DNA of 64,000 nucleotides from Octopus sinensis (GCF_006345805.1 NC_043000.1:25854001-25918000), one strand, 5' to 3'. Counted from the first letter of the stretch, positions 11,841 to 25,149 are shown. Made by a program: numbers and translations. Notes: generated by a model from the sequence alone, not told the origin.

Positions 11841-12722
11841 TTTGACGGTTTCCGTCTACTAAATCCATTTACAGGGCTTTGGTCGGATCTGAAGTAGGTT
11901 TGGTTGCTATTTCTAACAAATCAAATGACCATCTAGATGCATCTTCTTATAGTCGGACATCGCAGACAAACAGAAATATTTCCAGAATATAAAGATATTG
12001 CAAGTGAGAGGTGTAGAAAGTACCAAACGACCAGTTTTGAAAAACAAACAGGAACGTATTAATATTCATAGAATTCCGCCCTCTGAGCCACATGGCCATC
12101 AGTCGCATCCAATTTATATTCGTATTCTTCATTCAATTCAATGGATTGCATGATGCGTCTTATTATTCTTCGTTGCAATCCCTCAGTTTTGGGAGGTTAA
12201 AAACCAAAGCCTTTTAAACATGATAATGTTTATAAACTGGCCAATGTGAACATTTGATGAAAAAAGAAAGAAAACTCAGAACACAGAGGAAAGGAAATTA
12301 ATTGACACGCAAACTGGTGTGTCGAATAAATGTAGCAAGATAATGCTTCTTATTCTGGTCGCTCCAAGTTTGAATCCTTAATAGCGTTGATTCCAAAATA
12401 TGCTTACTTATGATTGCCATGACCTTTGTGCTGTGATGTGGAAGAGAGAAAGAGATGAGATGATGTGGAAGAGAGAAAGAGATGAGATAAAAGAAGGGAA
12501 GGAGACGGGGAAGTGGCGGAAAGCCTTTTGAATATTGTGTATTCAATAAAGATGTCGAGTATAGAGTGATGTTTCGTTTAAAATCTTAAGAGAGTTTGAC
12601 GGTAGAGGAGAAAATGAAAATAATAGGTACAGGTATAGCTGTCTGGTTAATAAACTCGCTTTGGAACCAACGTGTTTCAGGTTCAATCCCACTTGCACGC
12701 AATTGTGATTGTTTTCATCTTA

Positions 12723-13256
12723 TCTTCTTAATATAAATTTGAGTGATGTTTTTCTGTCCATTATATTTCTATGTTCGTTAATTCCTCCTAGACTGTTGGT
12801 GCAAGGACAACGAAAATCAAACCAGCAACTCCCCTAATCCCAGGGAATGTCTTACGGGAGTCTATTTTTTTAAGGGCCACCTAATTGAGGCTCCAGTGAC
12901 TTCCCCTATGTTTACTGCATTTTAAACTAAATACATGGCATTGGCGACCAAATTGGAACAATTATAATGAATTTCATACCATGAAATCCCAGGGTGTATC
13001 GTAAGGAGGTTCAATTTCTGAAGGGCTGTTTAAATGGGGCCCACTGATCCCGCCCTATTTTTACTGCATTTACCTTGCTCCTACACTTATTGATTAAACT
13101 ATGATCAGCATCAGTGCTTAGCACGTTTGCAAAAATAAGTTTCATTACACGAGGGTAGAGGGCCGTGAAGTGACCCAATAGTCTGGCTGAAGGCCTCGGA
13201 GATGACCTCCGCAGGAGCCAGCCTGAATGCCGCCTGAAGGGCAGCTTCAAGGCTAG
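12723..13256 (+). mobile_element. Non-autonomous Helitron
   Basis: A|TCTTCTTAATATAAA 5' end; subterminal hairpin GCCGCC-TGAA-GGGCAGC then GGCTAG|T. Confidence 0.6.
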
Positions 13257-13299
13257 TATAAAATATTTGTACAGTTTTCATATTACAATAATCCCTCGC

Positions 13300-13690
13300 C
13301 TGTGGAGGCGCAATGGCCCAGTGGTTAGGGCAGCGGACTCGCGGTCATAGGGTCGCGGTTTCAATTCCCAGACCGGGCGTTGTGAGTGTTTATTGAGCGA
13401 AAACACCTAAAGCTCCACGAGGCTCCAGTAGGGGATGGTGGTGAACCCTGCTGTACTCTTTCACCACAACTTTCTCTCACTCTTACTTCCTGTTTCTGTT
13501 GTACCTGTATTTCAAAGGGCCGGCCTTGTCACTCTCTGTGTCACGCTGAATATCCCCGAGAACTACGTTAAGGGTACATGTGTCTGTGGAGTGCTCAGCC
13601 ACTTACACATTAATTTCACGAGTAGGCTGTTCCGTTGATTCGGATCAACCGGAACCCTCGTCGTCATAACCGACGGAGTGCTTCCATCCA
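13300..13690 (+). mobile_element. tRNA-derived SINE, family C (near full length)
   Basis: tRNA-like head with A box (TGGCCCAGTGG) and B-box-like GGTTTCAATTCC; central domain GTCACGCTGAATATCCCCGAGAACTACGTTAAGGGTAC shared with 16690-16912. Confidence 0.85.
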
Positions 13691-14329
13691 ATCCCTTTAA
13701 GATTACGTCGATTCTTCCATGGTGTTGTTTTGCATTTCTAATAAAATAAATACATACAAATTATAAAAATAATTTTAAAAGAATATACAGTACTGTTTCT
13801 ACTTCACAGATTTTCAACTATCGCGGGTTGTTTTGGAACGTAACACCTGCGATAGTCGAGGGATTATTGTATATAAAATATATGTTACATAAATTACGTT
13901 GCACAGATTCTATCCATTTCACTCCACTCATTATTCCTGGGAGAATAGTAAGTGTAGAGACCTCAGACACCTCCATAGGGTCCTATCAGAAGTAACCCTC
14001 ATTATACTTTCCTACTGGATTCCCAAGCATGACCAACTGAAACTATGGCTATTACTCAGCTATCTCATTCTTGGTCCATCACGTCAGGCCTCCCACCTGA
14101 CGGCTTGGCTTGAAGTATCCATCTTGTGATAATTTCCTCCCACATTCTGACCGTGTATCCATAGTATCAGAGCTGTGACTTCTCACTGGAGAGGTTTCAT
14201 TGTCATCACTTCCGGTCAATTTAGTTTCATTTATCTTTTTCTAATCCCCTAAACTGCATGTTAACCATGGAGATTTACCTCCAGAGATAAATTTGCCAAT
14301 TCTATATTTGTGCAGGTGGCAAGCTGGCA

Positions 14330-14490
14330 GAATCATTAGCACACCGTGCAAAATGCTTGACAGAATTTCATCTGTCCTTATAGTCTGAGTTCAAATTCCA
14401 CCAAAGTCAACTTTACCAATCACCTTTCGGGGTGAATATAATGAGTAGTAGTTGAACTCTGGGGTCAATGTAATTGATTTAACTACTCCT
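14330..14490 (+). mobile_element. SINE family B, diverged
   Basis: GGTGGCAAGCTGGCAGAATCATTAGC...GAGTTCAAATTCC. Confidence 0.75.
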
Positions 14491-14723
14491 TGCTTTCAGT
14501 ATACGAACTGCATTCGTCTGCCAAGCCATGGTTGGGCCAGTGTGACAGAGTAGGCTCATCAAAGCAGGAGGATCTCAGGCTCAAATTCGTGGCCTACACA
14601 TCGGACAGTGTTTGGTGGAGAGAACATGCAGTGGACTGAACATGGGCAATCCAATCCAGTATTTGTACACCTGGTTTTTAAACTATAATTTTAAAAACAT
14701 GGAGTTGAGAAGAAATTTGTAGT

Positions 14724-15124
14724 AGGCGCAGGAGTGGCTGTGTGGTAAGTAGCTTGCTTACGAACTACGCGGTTCCGAATTCAGTCCCACTGCATGGCAC
14801 CTTGGGCAAGTGTCTTCTACTATAGCCTCAGGCCGACCAAAGCCTTGTGAGTGGATTTTGTAGATAGAAACTGAAAGAAGTCCGTCATATATATATGTGT
14901 GTGTGTGTGTTCGTGTGTCTGTGCTTGTCCCCCCCCCCCAACATCGCTTGACATCTGATGCTGGTGTGTTTATGTCCCTATAACTTAGCGGTTTGGCAAA
15001 ATAGACCGATAGAATAAGTACTAGGCTTACAAAGAATAAGTCCTGGAGTCGATTTGCTCGACTAAAGGCAGTGCTCCAGCATGGCCGCAGTCAAATGACT
15101 GAAACAAGTAAAAGAGTAAAGAGT
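14724..15124 (+). mobile_element. tRNA-derived SINE, family A (AGGCGCAGGAGTGGCTGTGTGGTAAG head, internal TA/TG microsatellite, (AAAGAGT)n tail)
   Basis: A box, B-box-like GGTTCAGTCC, CCTTGGGCAAGT core; more than 10 collinear copies in the window. Confidence 0.9.
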
Positions 15125-15709
15125 AGGCCTATTTTATGAACAAATAAAAAAAATACTACAATTTTCCTTCTTTCTGCTTTTTTGGATCTAACGATCTCTC
15201 TTGTATACTTCTTAATTACTATGTTACTGCTAATGGAGTTATCTAATTCAGAAGATAGTATTTGAAGCTGGTATTTGTTCATCGTTAGTTCATAATTAAG
15301 TGAACTGACATTACATTATTTTTGTTGTTATTTGAACTTAAAAGGCATTTGAACTTAAAAATAACGATGTTTGGAAACAGTATATTAAATTTCCTATATG
15401 TTGGTTGTTTTCTTTTGGTAGAATTTTAAACTCAGATTACTGAAATAAACAGAAATGGGGTAAATTTTGCTTTCAAAATGTTGCCAGGGGGTAAATGGAA
15501 GCAAAAAAGGGTTGGGGACCCTTGTTCTGAAGATAAATGGGCTGTTATATATCACCATACTGTAATGTTAATGCATTTTCTTCTCTCTTTTGCGCCTTGT
15601 CAAAATAAACCAACTTTTATTTCAAAAGCATCGAGATGGAAACGGTAAAACGTCAAACTTAATTAATTGTAGTATTTAGTTCCATTCTGTTGCTTTTAGT
15701 TCAATATAT

Positions 15710-16131
15710 AGGCATAGGAGAGGCTGTGTGATAAGTAGCTTGCTTACAAACCACATGGTTCAGGGTTCAGTCCCACTGCGTGGCACCTTGGGCAAGTGTC
15801 TTCTACTATAGCCTCGGGCCGACCAAAGCCTTGTGAGTGGATTTGGAAGACGGAAACTGAAAGAAGCCCGTCGTATATATGTATATATACATGTGCGTGT
15901 GTGTGTATATGTTTGTGTGTCTGTGTTTGTCCCCCCCCCAACATCGCTTGACAACCGATGCTGGTGTGTTCATGTCCCCGTAACTTAGCAGTTTGGCAAA
16001 ATAGACCGATAGAATAAGTACTAGGCTTACAAAGAATAAGTCCTGGGGTCGATCTGCTTGACTAAAGGCGGTGCTCCAGCATGGCCACAGTCAAATGACT
16101 GAAACAAGTAAAAGAGTAAAGAGTAAAGAGT
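15710..16131 (+). mobile_element. SINE family A, full length
   Basis: Collinear with 14724-15124. Confidence 0.9.
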
Positions 16132-16135
16132 ATAT

Positions 16136-16294
16136 AAGCTCAGGCGTGTTTGTGTGGTAAGAACTTTGATTCCCAATCCACATGGTTCTGGGTTCAGTTC
16201 CTCTACATGGCACTGTGATCGAGTGTCTTCTACTGTATCCATGAGCTGGCCAAAACTATGTGAGTGGATTTGGTAAACAGAAACTAAAAAGCCC

Positions 16295-16330
<36 letters not shown>

Positions 16331-16530
16331 GTGTGTGTGCGCGCGCGCACATGTGTGTGTGTGTGTGTGACCACCACTTGACAATTGGTGATGATGTGTT
16401 TCCATCCCCGTAATGTAGCGGTTCAGCAAAAGTGACTGATAGAATAAGTACCATTCAACTAAAAATTCTTCAAGGTGGTGCCCCAGCATGGCCACAATCC
16501 AATGACTGAAACTAGTGAAAGGTAAAAGGG
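16136..16530 (+). mobile_element. SINE family A-related, older copy
   Basis: Diverged but collinear; directly abuts the previous copy. Confidence 0.8.
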
Positions 16531-16689
16531 CCCTGTTTTCTATGTGTCTGGCATTCAATAAAATATTTAATGGCAGACTTGACAAACACATTCACAATGT
16601 ACAGACAACCATCACCTCCTCCATTACAAAACGAAAATGACATGAAAGACAGAAGCATCATTTTATAGATATTATTATTATAAGCACAG

Positions 16690-16912
16690 ACGTGCATACC
16701 ATTAACGTAGTTCTCGGGGAGATTCAGCCTCACACAGAATGTGATAAGTCTGACCCCTTTCAATTACAGCTACAACTCATTTTTGCCAGCTGAGTAGACT
16801 ACAGGAAGTAGAGTGCCTTGCTCAAGAACACAGCACGCTGCCGGGAATCGTACTCATGACCTTACGATCGTGGGTCAAATACCCCTAGCCGCTGAGCCAC
16901 ACACCGTCACTC
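16690..16912 (-). mobile_element. tRNA-derived SINE sharing the family C central domain with a different head
   Basis: AACGTAGTTCTCGGGGAGATTCAGC domain plus tRNA-like head on minus strand. Confidence 0.7.
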
Positions 16913-17601
16913 TCTTAACTGTAGAGAAAAGGAGTGAAGTGATAGAGACAAGGAAAGGAAAGTGTAGCAAATCTTGCATGCATGAAGTGGATTCGATCCA
17001 CCATAGCCAAATTTAAATTAACACTGTTACAGAACTTTTCTCACGATAGAACAATGGTTTTTCTCTGACAGCAGTTTTACATTTTCCTGATTGGCTTTAG
17101 CTAGGCCAGAATAATGTCTTCACCACTTGACCCTTTCTAACCTTTTCTACTTCACCAAAAGCTAGAATAGATAACAAGACCACCAACTAAATCTATTGCT
17201 CTCATTGATATATCTATCCTTCTGGATCATTACATAAGCAAGCACACCCCAAGCAAAAATCAGTTTGTCACAGTCATGACGACTCAACGGAGTTAGTCAC
17301 AGTCAGTGACGACTCAACGATGTCTAGCTGACCAACCTTGGTCAGAGGGAGAAAACAACTGTCAGACAACACCCTACAATTCTCTCTAGCTCTAATTCTG
17401 TTCTCTTACATCATTCTATAGCTACCTGTGGATTACTACTAACTATTCGTATATGCCAAACTAATGTAATGAAACATTCTACCGCACCAAACTTTACTTC
17501 GTATGCTTTTGGATTTATCACAACCTGCTCGTCGAGGTATGGTGTTTTTCAACGTAATGGTAAATATATATTTCCTTAAAACTTCATGCATTGTCCATCT
17601 T

Positions 17602-18311
17602 GGATCTTTTCCTTTTGAACGGCAGTTTTCAACACAATTTCTAGTTAACTAAACACTTTAAAACTTCGTATACTGGTAGAATGTGTCAAAATAAAACATT
17701 TTTTTCTCTTGGCTTTCTTGAGAAAATTGTAATTTGTAAGTTTAACGTAGTTTAATTTTTCAAATTTTAACCAATCCTATGGCCTCTATTGAGCTAAAAT
17801 AATTTGCTGCATCTAAAACTGAAACAACATCCTGTCACTAACCATAACTCTAACCCTAACCCTAACCCTAACCCTCACCCTAACCCTAAATTTTAGCCTT
17901 TCGTTTTTTTTTTCTTAATTGTTAAATTAATTTAATTGTTACGTGTGTGTCTAAAATTATTTGTTTTGTTTTTGCTTTCGTTTTAGCCTTTCATTTTTTT
18001 TTTCTTAATTGTTATCCTTAAATTAATTTAACAATTAAGAACAAAAACGAAAGGCTAAAAGTTAGGGTTAGGGTTAGTGACAGGATGTTGTCTGTTTTAG
18101 ACGCAGCAAATTATTTTAGCTCAATAGAAGCCATAGGATTGGTTAAAATTCGAAAAATTAAACTACGTTAAACTTACAAATTACAATTTTCTTAAGAAAG
18201 CCAAGAGAAAAAAATGTTTTATTTTGACACATTCTACCAGTATACGAAGTTTTAAAGTGTTTAGTTAAGTAGAAATTGCGTTGAAAACTGCCGTTCAAAA
18301 GGAAAAGATCC
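17602..18311. mobile_element. Foldback MITE (Merlin-like) with ~300-bp inverted arms, internal (TAACCC)n/(TTAGGG)n and 8-bp TSD
   Basis: Termini GGATCTTTTCC / GGAAAAGATCC; exact TSD TCCATCTT at 17594-17601 and 18312-18319; arms ~17602-17930 and ~18020-18311. Confidence 0.85.
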
Positions 18312-18689
18312 TCCATCTTTCACATCCTACAGTAAACAATTTTAACCGTTACAAAAGCCTCAGTCATTTGAAATGATAATTAAACTGAAATACAATCGAT
18401 CCTTTCTACCTTCTTTACCTTTAACAATGAAGAAGAGGGGAAAGAGATTTAGTAATGAATAGAGGGAAAGTCTTTCAGGTGTTTGGGTTTTCATTCTGGG
18501 AGTTCTAGAAGGATCGAGTGTTAGTTCTCTCATCTTTCCTCCACCCCCGGTACTCATTCATCTTCTTTGATAGCTCTTCATGTCTTATAGTTGTGGGGAA
18601 AGACCATGTTTCTTTTTTCAGGTACGTTCAACGTTTTCTCTACAAACTACAAACTCCACTTCCTTCTCTCTTTTTTTTCATACAAAAAC

Positions 18690-18909
18690 CGCAGAAATTG
18701 TATTCACCTCAATAGACGTCATCGATTGGTTGAAATTGCCGAAATGTAAGAAATTAAACAACAAATAGCTTACAAACTACAGAATTTTCTCAAGAAAGCC
18801 AAGAGAAAAAGATGTTTTATGTAACACATTCTACCAGTATACGAAGTTTAAAAGTGTTTAGTTACAAAGAAATTATTTTAAAAATCTGCCGGTCAAATTG
18901 AAAAGATCC
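18690..18909. mobile_element. One end of a related Merlin-like MITE
   Basis: AAGAAAGCCAAGAG...ACACATTCTACCAGTATACGAAG...GAAAAGATCC. Confidence 0.7.
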
Positions 18910-19053
18910 CTTAAATGGCTTATAAACACCTTCCACGCTGCAGTTGTTTTCGTTCCAGCACACGATCTCAGATCAGGTCACTTGCTATGCAAGTACATCT
19001 CTGAAATATATATATATATATATATAATATAATATAAGTAATATATAAATATA

Positions 19054-19152
<99 letters not shown>

Positions 19153-19154
19153 CA

Positions 19155-19488
19155 TACATATATGTACATACCTACATATATATGTACATATACAAGCATA
19201 TATGGATACAGGACATCAAAAGAAAACGTTGAACACAATGAGAAACGAAAACATAAACACAAAACCAAGATAGATGAAACCATGGCGACTGAAGAAGGGG
19301 AATTTTCCTTGTGTTCTATGTCCTGTACTCTATTTTTTCGTTGTTTAAGAAAAAATGTCCAGTTCCTTGGTTTTGTGTTTATGTTTTCGTTTCTCATTAT
19401 GTTCGACGTTTTTTTTTTTTTTTGGTGTCCTGTACCCATATATGCATGTATATATACATGTAGAGGTAGGTACGTACATATATGTATG
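19155..19488. mobile_element. (TA)n-embedded inverted-repeat element (PLE-type inversion)
   Basis: Arms ~19155-19269 and ~19366-19488 are reverse complements; the spacer carries CTGAAGA at 19289-19295 without a downstream GAAA. Confidence 0.7.
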
Positions 19489-20690
19489 TATATATGCATG
19501 TTTTATTTATTAATTTATTATATCTATATATATATATATATGTATGAGAGAGAGAGAGAGAGAGAGAGAAAGAAAGAGAGAGAGAGAGGGAGGAGAGAGA
19601 GTGGCGGTTGCTAAGTATCTATTGAAGTAATTAAGACGCTTTCATTGCCCACGTTATTTCTTTTCTCTTTATTTTTTAACAAAGACGGAGGTTGGCATTA
19701 CTTGATTGTCTAGCTATTATGGAACGTATTCAGCTAGTCTATCAGTATGTAATATACCGGTTCAACTCAACTGACTTCATATTCCCTGGGAATATTTTAT
19801 GGAACTAATATTACTTATCAGTAATAGGTTTGAAACGTTGACTAAAAACAAAAGAAAATTTGATTCAAAGATTAATAGAGAAATTAACATTATTAAAACT
19901 ATTTTTAGAATAACGGTGAACACGAAATAGATTTTTTTCATAAAATTCATGCCAAAGAAATAAAATTATAGGCTGAAAAGATTCAACTGTAGCTTAGCTT
20001 AAAATCTATCAAATAAAATGAGGAAATATGCCGATATGAGACGTAAAATGGGGCTCTTGGCGGGAAACCTACTTATCTTTCCGACGTCATACTTCAGATA
20101 AGCTCAGAAACTTGAATCGAAGGCAAAGAATGAAACAATGACAAATAAACAGGATTTAAAACTACCTGCCTTATAAGAAGCAAATAATAATAGAATTAAA
20201 AACAATCTTTTTTTTTTTTCCATTGCAGACGGCCCACTTTCATTGAGTAAAATATATAAAGACAGACAAAGGAAGTCGGTTTCCAACGATTATAAAAAGT
20301 TTTACAATAATGAATGAAACCATTTTGAAATTTCTATTGAAGAACAGGTGCTGTTGGTCGTGTTTTTGCACAGGGCGGCTTCACAGCAACAGAAGAATAT
20401 TAGGTGGGACAGATAAATGTATAGTGATTTAGAGACGGAAAAGGTTGGGGTGAGACACAAAATAAGTAGGAGGAAAGATTGAAGCAGGTGAAGACCGAAG
20501 TGACAAAAGATCTGAAATACAGTTAGACAGATGACAAGTTTAATACTGGTGGGTGACAGAGAAGAAAGTGAAAAAAAAAGGATGGATGGAAGGCGAAGTA
20601 AAAAGAGATGGAAATGGAGAAGCGAAAGCGTAGTTGACAGTGAGAAGAAGAGGGAAAGGAACAGGCGGGCTCTCAAGGTTTTTAATATCT

Positions 20691-20920
20691 GTTTCTTTAT
20701 TATCCACAAGGGGCTAAACACAGAGGGGACAAACAAGGACAGACAAATGGATTAAGTCGATTATATCGACCCCAGTGCGTAATTGGTACTTAATTTATCG
20801 ACCCCGAAGGGATGAAAGGCAAAGTCGACCTCGGCGGAATTTGAACTCAGAACGTAGCGGCAGACGAAATACGGCTACGCATTTCGCCCGGCGTGCTAAC
20901 GTTTCTGCCAGCTCGCCGCC
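20691..20920 (-). mobile_element. SINE family B, young intact copy with 19-bp TSD
   Basis: TSD CTCAAGGTTTTTAATATCT at 20672-20690 and 20921-20939; CpGs intact. Confidence 0.92.
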
Positions 20921-21277
20921 CTCAAGGTTTTTAATATCTTTAATGAAAAATATTAAACTTTCATTGAAAGAATAATGGAGCGTGGAGTAAATTGTGTTGA
21001 TTCTGAACAATATTAATAATTTATTAGGCTTTCTAATTAGTCGCGTATGTTACATGGATGATACATGCTTGTGTGTGTGTGATGATACATAAGTACAATG
21101 TAAAACGAAGTGACAGTTGAAATTAAAATAAAGCTACTCATTGAAACAAATGTGCTATTTGTCTATCTTCGAGCACGATCGTAGTTTCTTACTGTCAGAC
21201 GTCCAGAGAATTCTAAGGATGCGGTACCTTCGTCAGCAGGCGTGCAAAGAGTCATCGTAATTTCCTGCTTATATAGT

Positions 21278-21310
<33 letters not shown>

Positions 21311-21394
21311 TATATAGATACAGACATACATATCAATATATGTATATGTGGGTGCATGTATGTGTGTATGTATGTATGTATGTACGTATGTATG

Positions 21395-21907
21395 TACGTA
21401 AATCTTGGAGTATAATCCGCATTTTCTTCCCAAAATTTAAAGGTCAAAATCCCTAGTGCGTACTATATATGAGGTTACAATGAAAATTATTTTCTAAGCA
21501 ATGTCCGAGTCTCTATTTGCTGTCCGGCAATGTTTATTCAGACGCATTTTCTGATGTCAGGCGCGAAAATACCTTAAGCTAAGCCTGAAAGCAATGAAGT
21601 CATAAAAGAATCATCCATAACTTGCAGTAAGCAACATTTATTAAACGTTATTACTGTTATTTCTTTATTTTCTGCAAACAATATGCACAAAAAAGCTACA
21701 CGTTTGCATTATGTTATATGTACAATAATAATAAAGGACGTTAACGTATACATTTTTACAAACCAAGGACGTTATATAGACCTCCTTGACTCAAGTTAGA
21801 GAAGGGGTGCGTATTATACACAAGGTTTAGGTTTTTCAGAGGTACAGCCCCCTAAAAATTCCTGCGTATTATACTCAAGGGCGGACTATACTCGAGGATT
21901 TACCGTA
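21395..21907. mobile_element. pogo/Tigger-like MITE
   Basis: Imperfect TIRs TACGTAAATCTTGGAGTATAATCCGC / GCGGACTATACTCGAGGATTTACCGTA with TA termini. Confidence 0.7.
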
Positions 21908-22020
21908 TGTAGACATAGACTTTGGTCAGCCCATAGCTCCAGAAGACACCTAAGTTGCTGCAAAGTGAGACTGAACCCGAGACCACATGTTTGGGAAGCA
22001 ATAATTGCAAAGTATTCATT

Positions 22021-22070
<50 letters not shown>

Positions 22071-23214
22071 CTCACTGGTCTACATGAAGAACAGGTTTTC
22101 TCTTATAAAAAAAAACTCGGCACTTTACTTGCATTTTATATTAAATATTTCCCCCCTATTTTCTCAATAGTCTTTTTGTATTCATTGGAGCATTAATTTT
22201 CCAAAGTCCAATATCATTTCAATATCTAAGCATTCTTGTCTTATGGAAGAAGTATTTTTACTGGCGTTATATTGTGAGAACTATGGGAACTGCGATGCGT
22301 TTGTTTTCGTTAAACTGGAAGATCCTTTATCATTGACACCAGATTTCTCTCACCATAAAAATATAAATAAATAGTTTAGGCCATAGTATTTGGCATTAGT
22401 TTTTGTTGTTGCTGTTTTTCAGCCAATCATATAGACAGACAGACAGACAAACAGACAGATATGGTGTTGTATGTTTGTGTCTCTTAGTCTTGACATCGTA
22501 TAGTAGTTGTAAACAAGTGCCCTTCTCATACAAGCAGTGTCATTCATTTCCATTATTCTGTGAACACGTGTAGCCGGTGACCAGTAATAAAGTCACAATT
22601 TTGGATAGGAAAAAAATCACAATTAATTTATGTGATCCGGACAAAATCCCTGGGACAAAACACCCCCGGACAAAACCCCTGTGACTTTATGACCGTGACA
22701 TTATGACCGTGAATTTTTCCTGTGACTTTTTTACCTGGGATTTTTTTAGACTAGATTCATTAACCCATGGAGAAATATAACTTTGCCTGGAAACAGGTAA
22801 AGGCTGGTAGTAGGAAGGATATCCGACTGTAGAAAAATCTGCCTCAATAAACTCCTCCCAACCCATGCAGACATGGAAAAGTGGACGTTAAAACGATGAG
22901 GGTAATTATGATATCAACGAATATTTTTATATCTACCTTAATTTTGTTTGTATATAACGCTTTCTCAAAGACATCTAGATGTGGAGTCAGCTGTCCAGAA
23001 AGACCAATATTTGCTTAACGCCAACCATTTCTTACCTATGGATTCCTTAACCGATTTATTGCAGATAAATTTTAACAATAAAATGTTACATGGACCCCCA
23101 AGAATCAAGTGGATCCCGGTCGAGAATCACTGCAGCAGCTCCTGTCATTCATTTACAACCTTCATATTTACATCTAAAGGCATAAATTACATTAATAATT
23201 TACACATAATTTAG

Positions 23215-23791
23215 TTTCGTTTTTGGATTTGGTTCGCAAGATTCTTTATATGAGTTCGTGTGTTGAAGCATATTCTATTGTGTCTGGGGAGAGTCATTTT
23301 CTTTTTGTGCCTTATTATGTAACACACTCACCGGTAAAATTTCCACGTTTTTCTTATTTTTATCGTCCTAAAATTTTCGTTGCGTCTTGCAACCTTTTCA
23401 ATAGTTTTGACTCTTGTAAGGAGCTAGAGACTGAAGATGGAAATGTATCACCAGTATCAAAGCATGAAAACCATTCTAAACGCTCTGAAATCATCAGAAC
23501 ACCTGAATTTATCCAGAAAGTTCAACAGACCATTGATAACAACCTCGAAAAGTCCATGAGGTCAATTGCAAAAGATCTCCATGTGTCAGAAGGAATGTCA
23601 GAAATGTTGCCCATGAAGACATCAGATATAAGTCTTATACGATGAAAAGAGAGTCAAAACTATTGAAAAGGTTGCAAGACGCAACAAAAATTTTAGGACA
23701 ATAAAAATAAGAAAAACGTGGAAATTTTACCGGTGAGTGTGTTACATAATAAGGCACAAAAAGAAAATGACTCTCCCCAGACACAATAGAA
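23215..23791. mobile_element. Inverted-arm element enclosing a Tc1/mariner transposase fragment
   Basis: 142-bp arms at 23273-23414 and 23650-23791; the 235-bp spacer encodes CKELETEDGNVSPVSKH..SKRSEIIRTPEFIQKVQQTIDNNLEKSMRSIAKDLHVSEG..HEDIRYKSY (HTH region of Tc1/mariner-type transposases). Confidence 0.8.
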
Positions 23792-24539
23792 CACAATTTA
23801 ATGTCTTACAAAATTCCGGAACGTTACTGATGAGAAGATATTTCATATTTGAGTTTTCGTAATGTATCGTTAACGATCTTTTATGATTGGATGGAATGCA
23901 CGTTGTGTTGTTCTGTTCGATAAATGATTATTATTTTTATTATTAATTCTCTTTTAATTTGCTTTTCACAACATGTTTATTTATTCTATAGAAAGGCTGT
24001 AATTTGGGTCATGAAATATATTCTATCAATAGATTGTTTACTTATGCTGGGTGTAGTAGACTCTTCAATTTATTATAATTACTATATTCTTGTATTAATG
24101 CATACACATATGGTTTGGTGTACTAAATTATTTCTTATCAGCTATTGACTGATGTTTATTTAATTTGATTAATTTCAAGGCGATTTTTCGGAGATAGTAT
24201 ATCAAAACTGAAAGTGTTCGGCAATTTCAGTAAAACAATTTTTTATTTCTTCGATTTTTTTTCCCCAGCTGAATCGTTCTTTAAGGTTTTTATCGACTGA
24301 CTCATTTATGTTTATATACTTTTTGTGTATGTATATATGTGTTTTTGTGCGTGTATGTATATTTTTGTATGTATACATACATATACTTACATACAGGACT
24401 ATACATACATACACAGACATAAACACATACATACACCATACACAGACATAAACATAAGCAATTCAGCAAAAAAAAAAATTTAAAGAAACAAGAAATTTTT
24501 AAAGAAATTGTCACGCAAATAGTTTCACTTTTGGTATAC

Positions 24540-25110
<571 letters not shown>

Positions 25111-25149
25111 TCTGAAAACTCACCAATTTCAATTTATAGCAAAGTGTAT

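Noticed and set aside
13300-13375. tRNA gene (also 52590-52676)
   Set aside because: No acceptor stem or poly-T terminator; continues into a SINE body.
14745-14752. GTAAGT donor motifs at many positions
   Set aside because: Part of the SINE A head (TGGTAAGTAG); not evidence of exons.
17844-17890. Telomere or chromosome-fusion site
   Set aside because: Only a few TAACCC/TTAGGG units, lying inside a TSD-flanked MITE.
21170-21240. Minus-strand CTGACGA ... GAAAC as a hammerhead
   Set aside because: No convincing stem II or stem I, and the would-be cleavage triplet is GUG.
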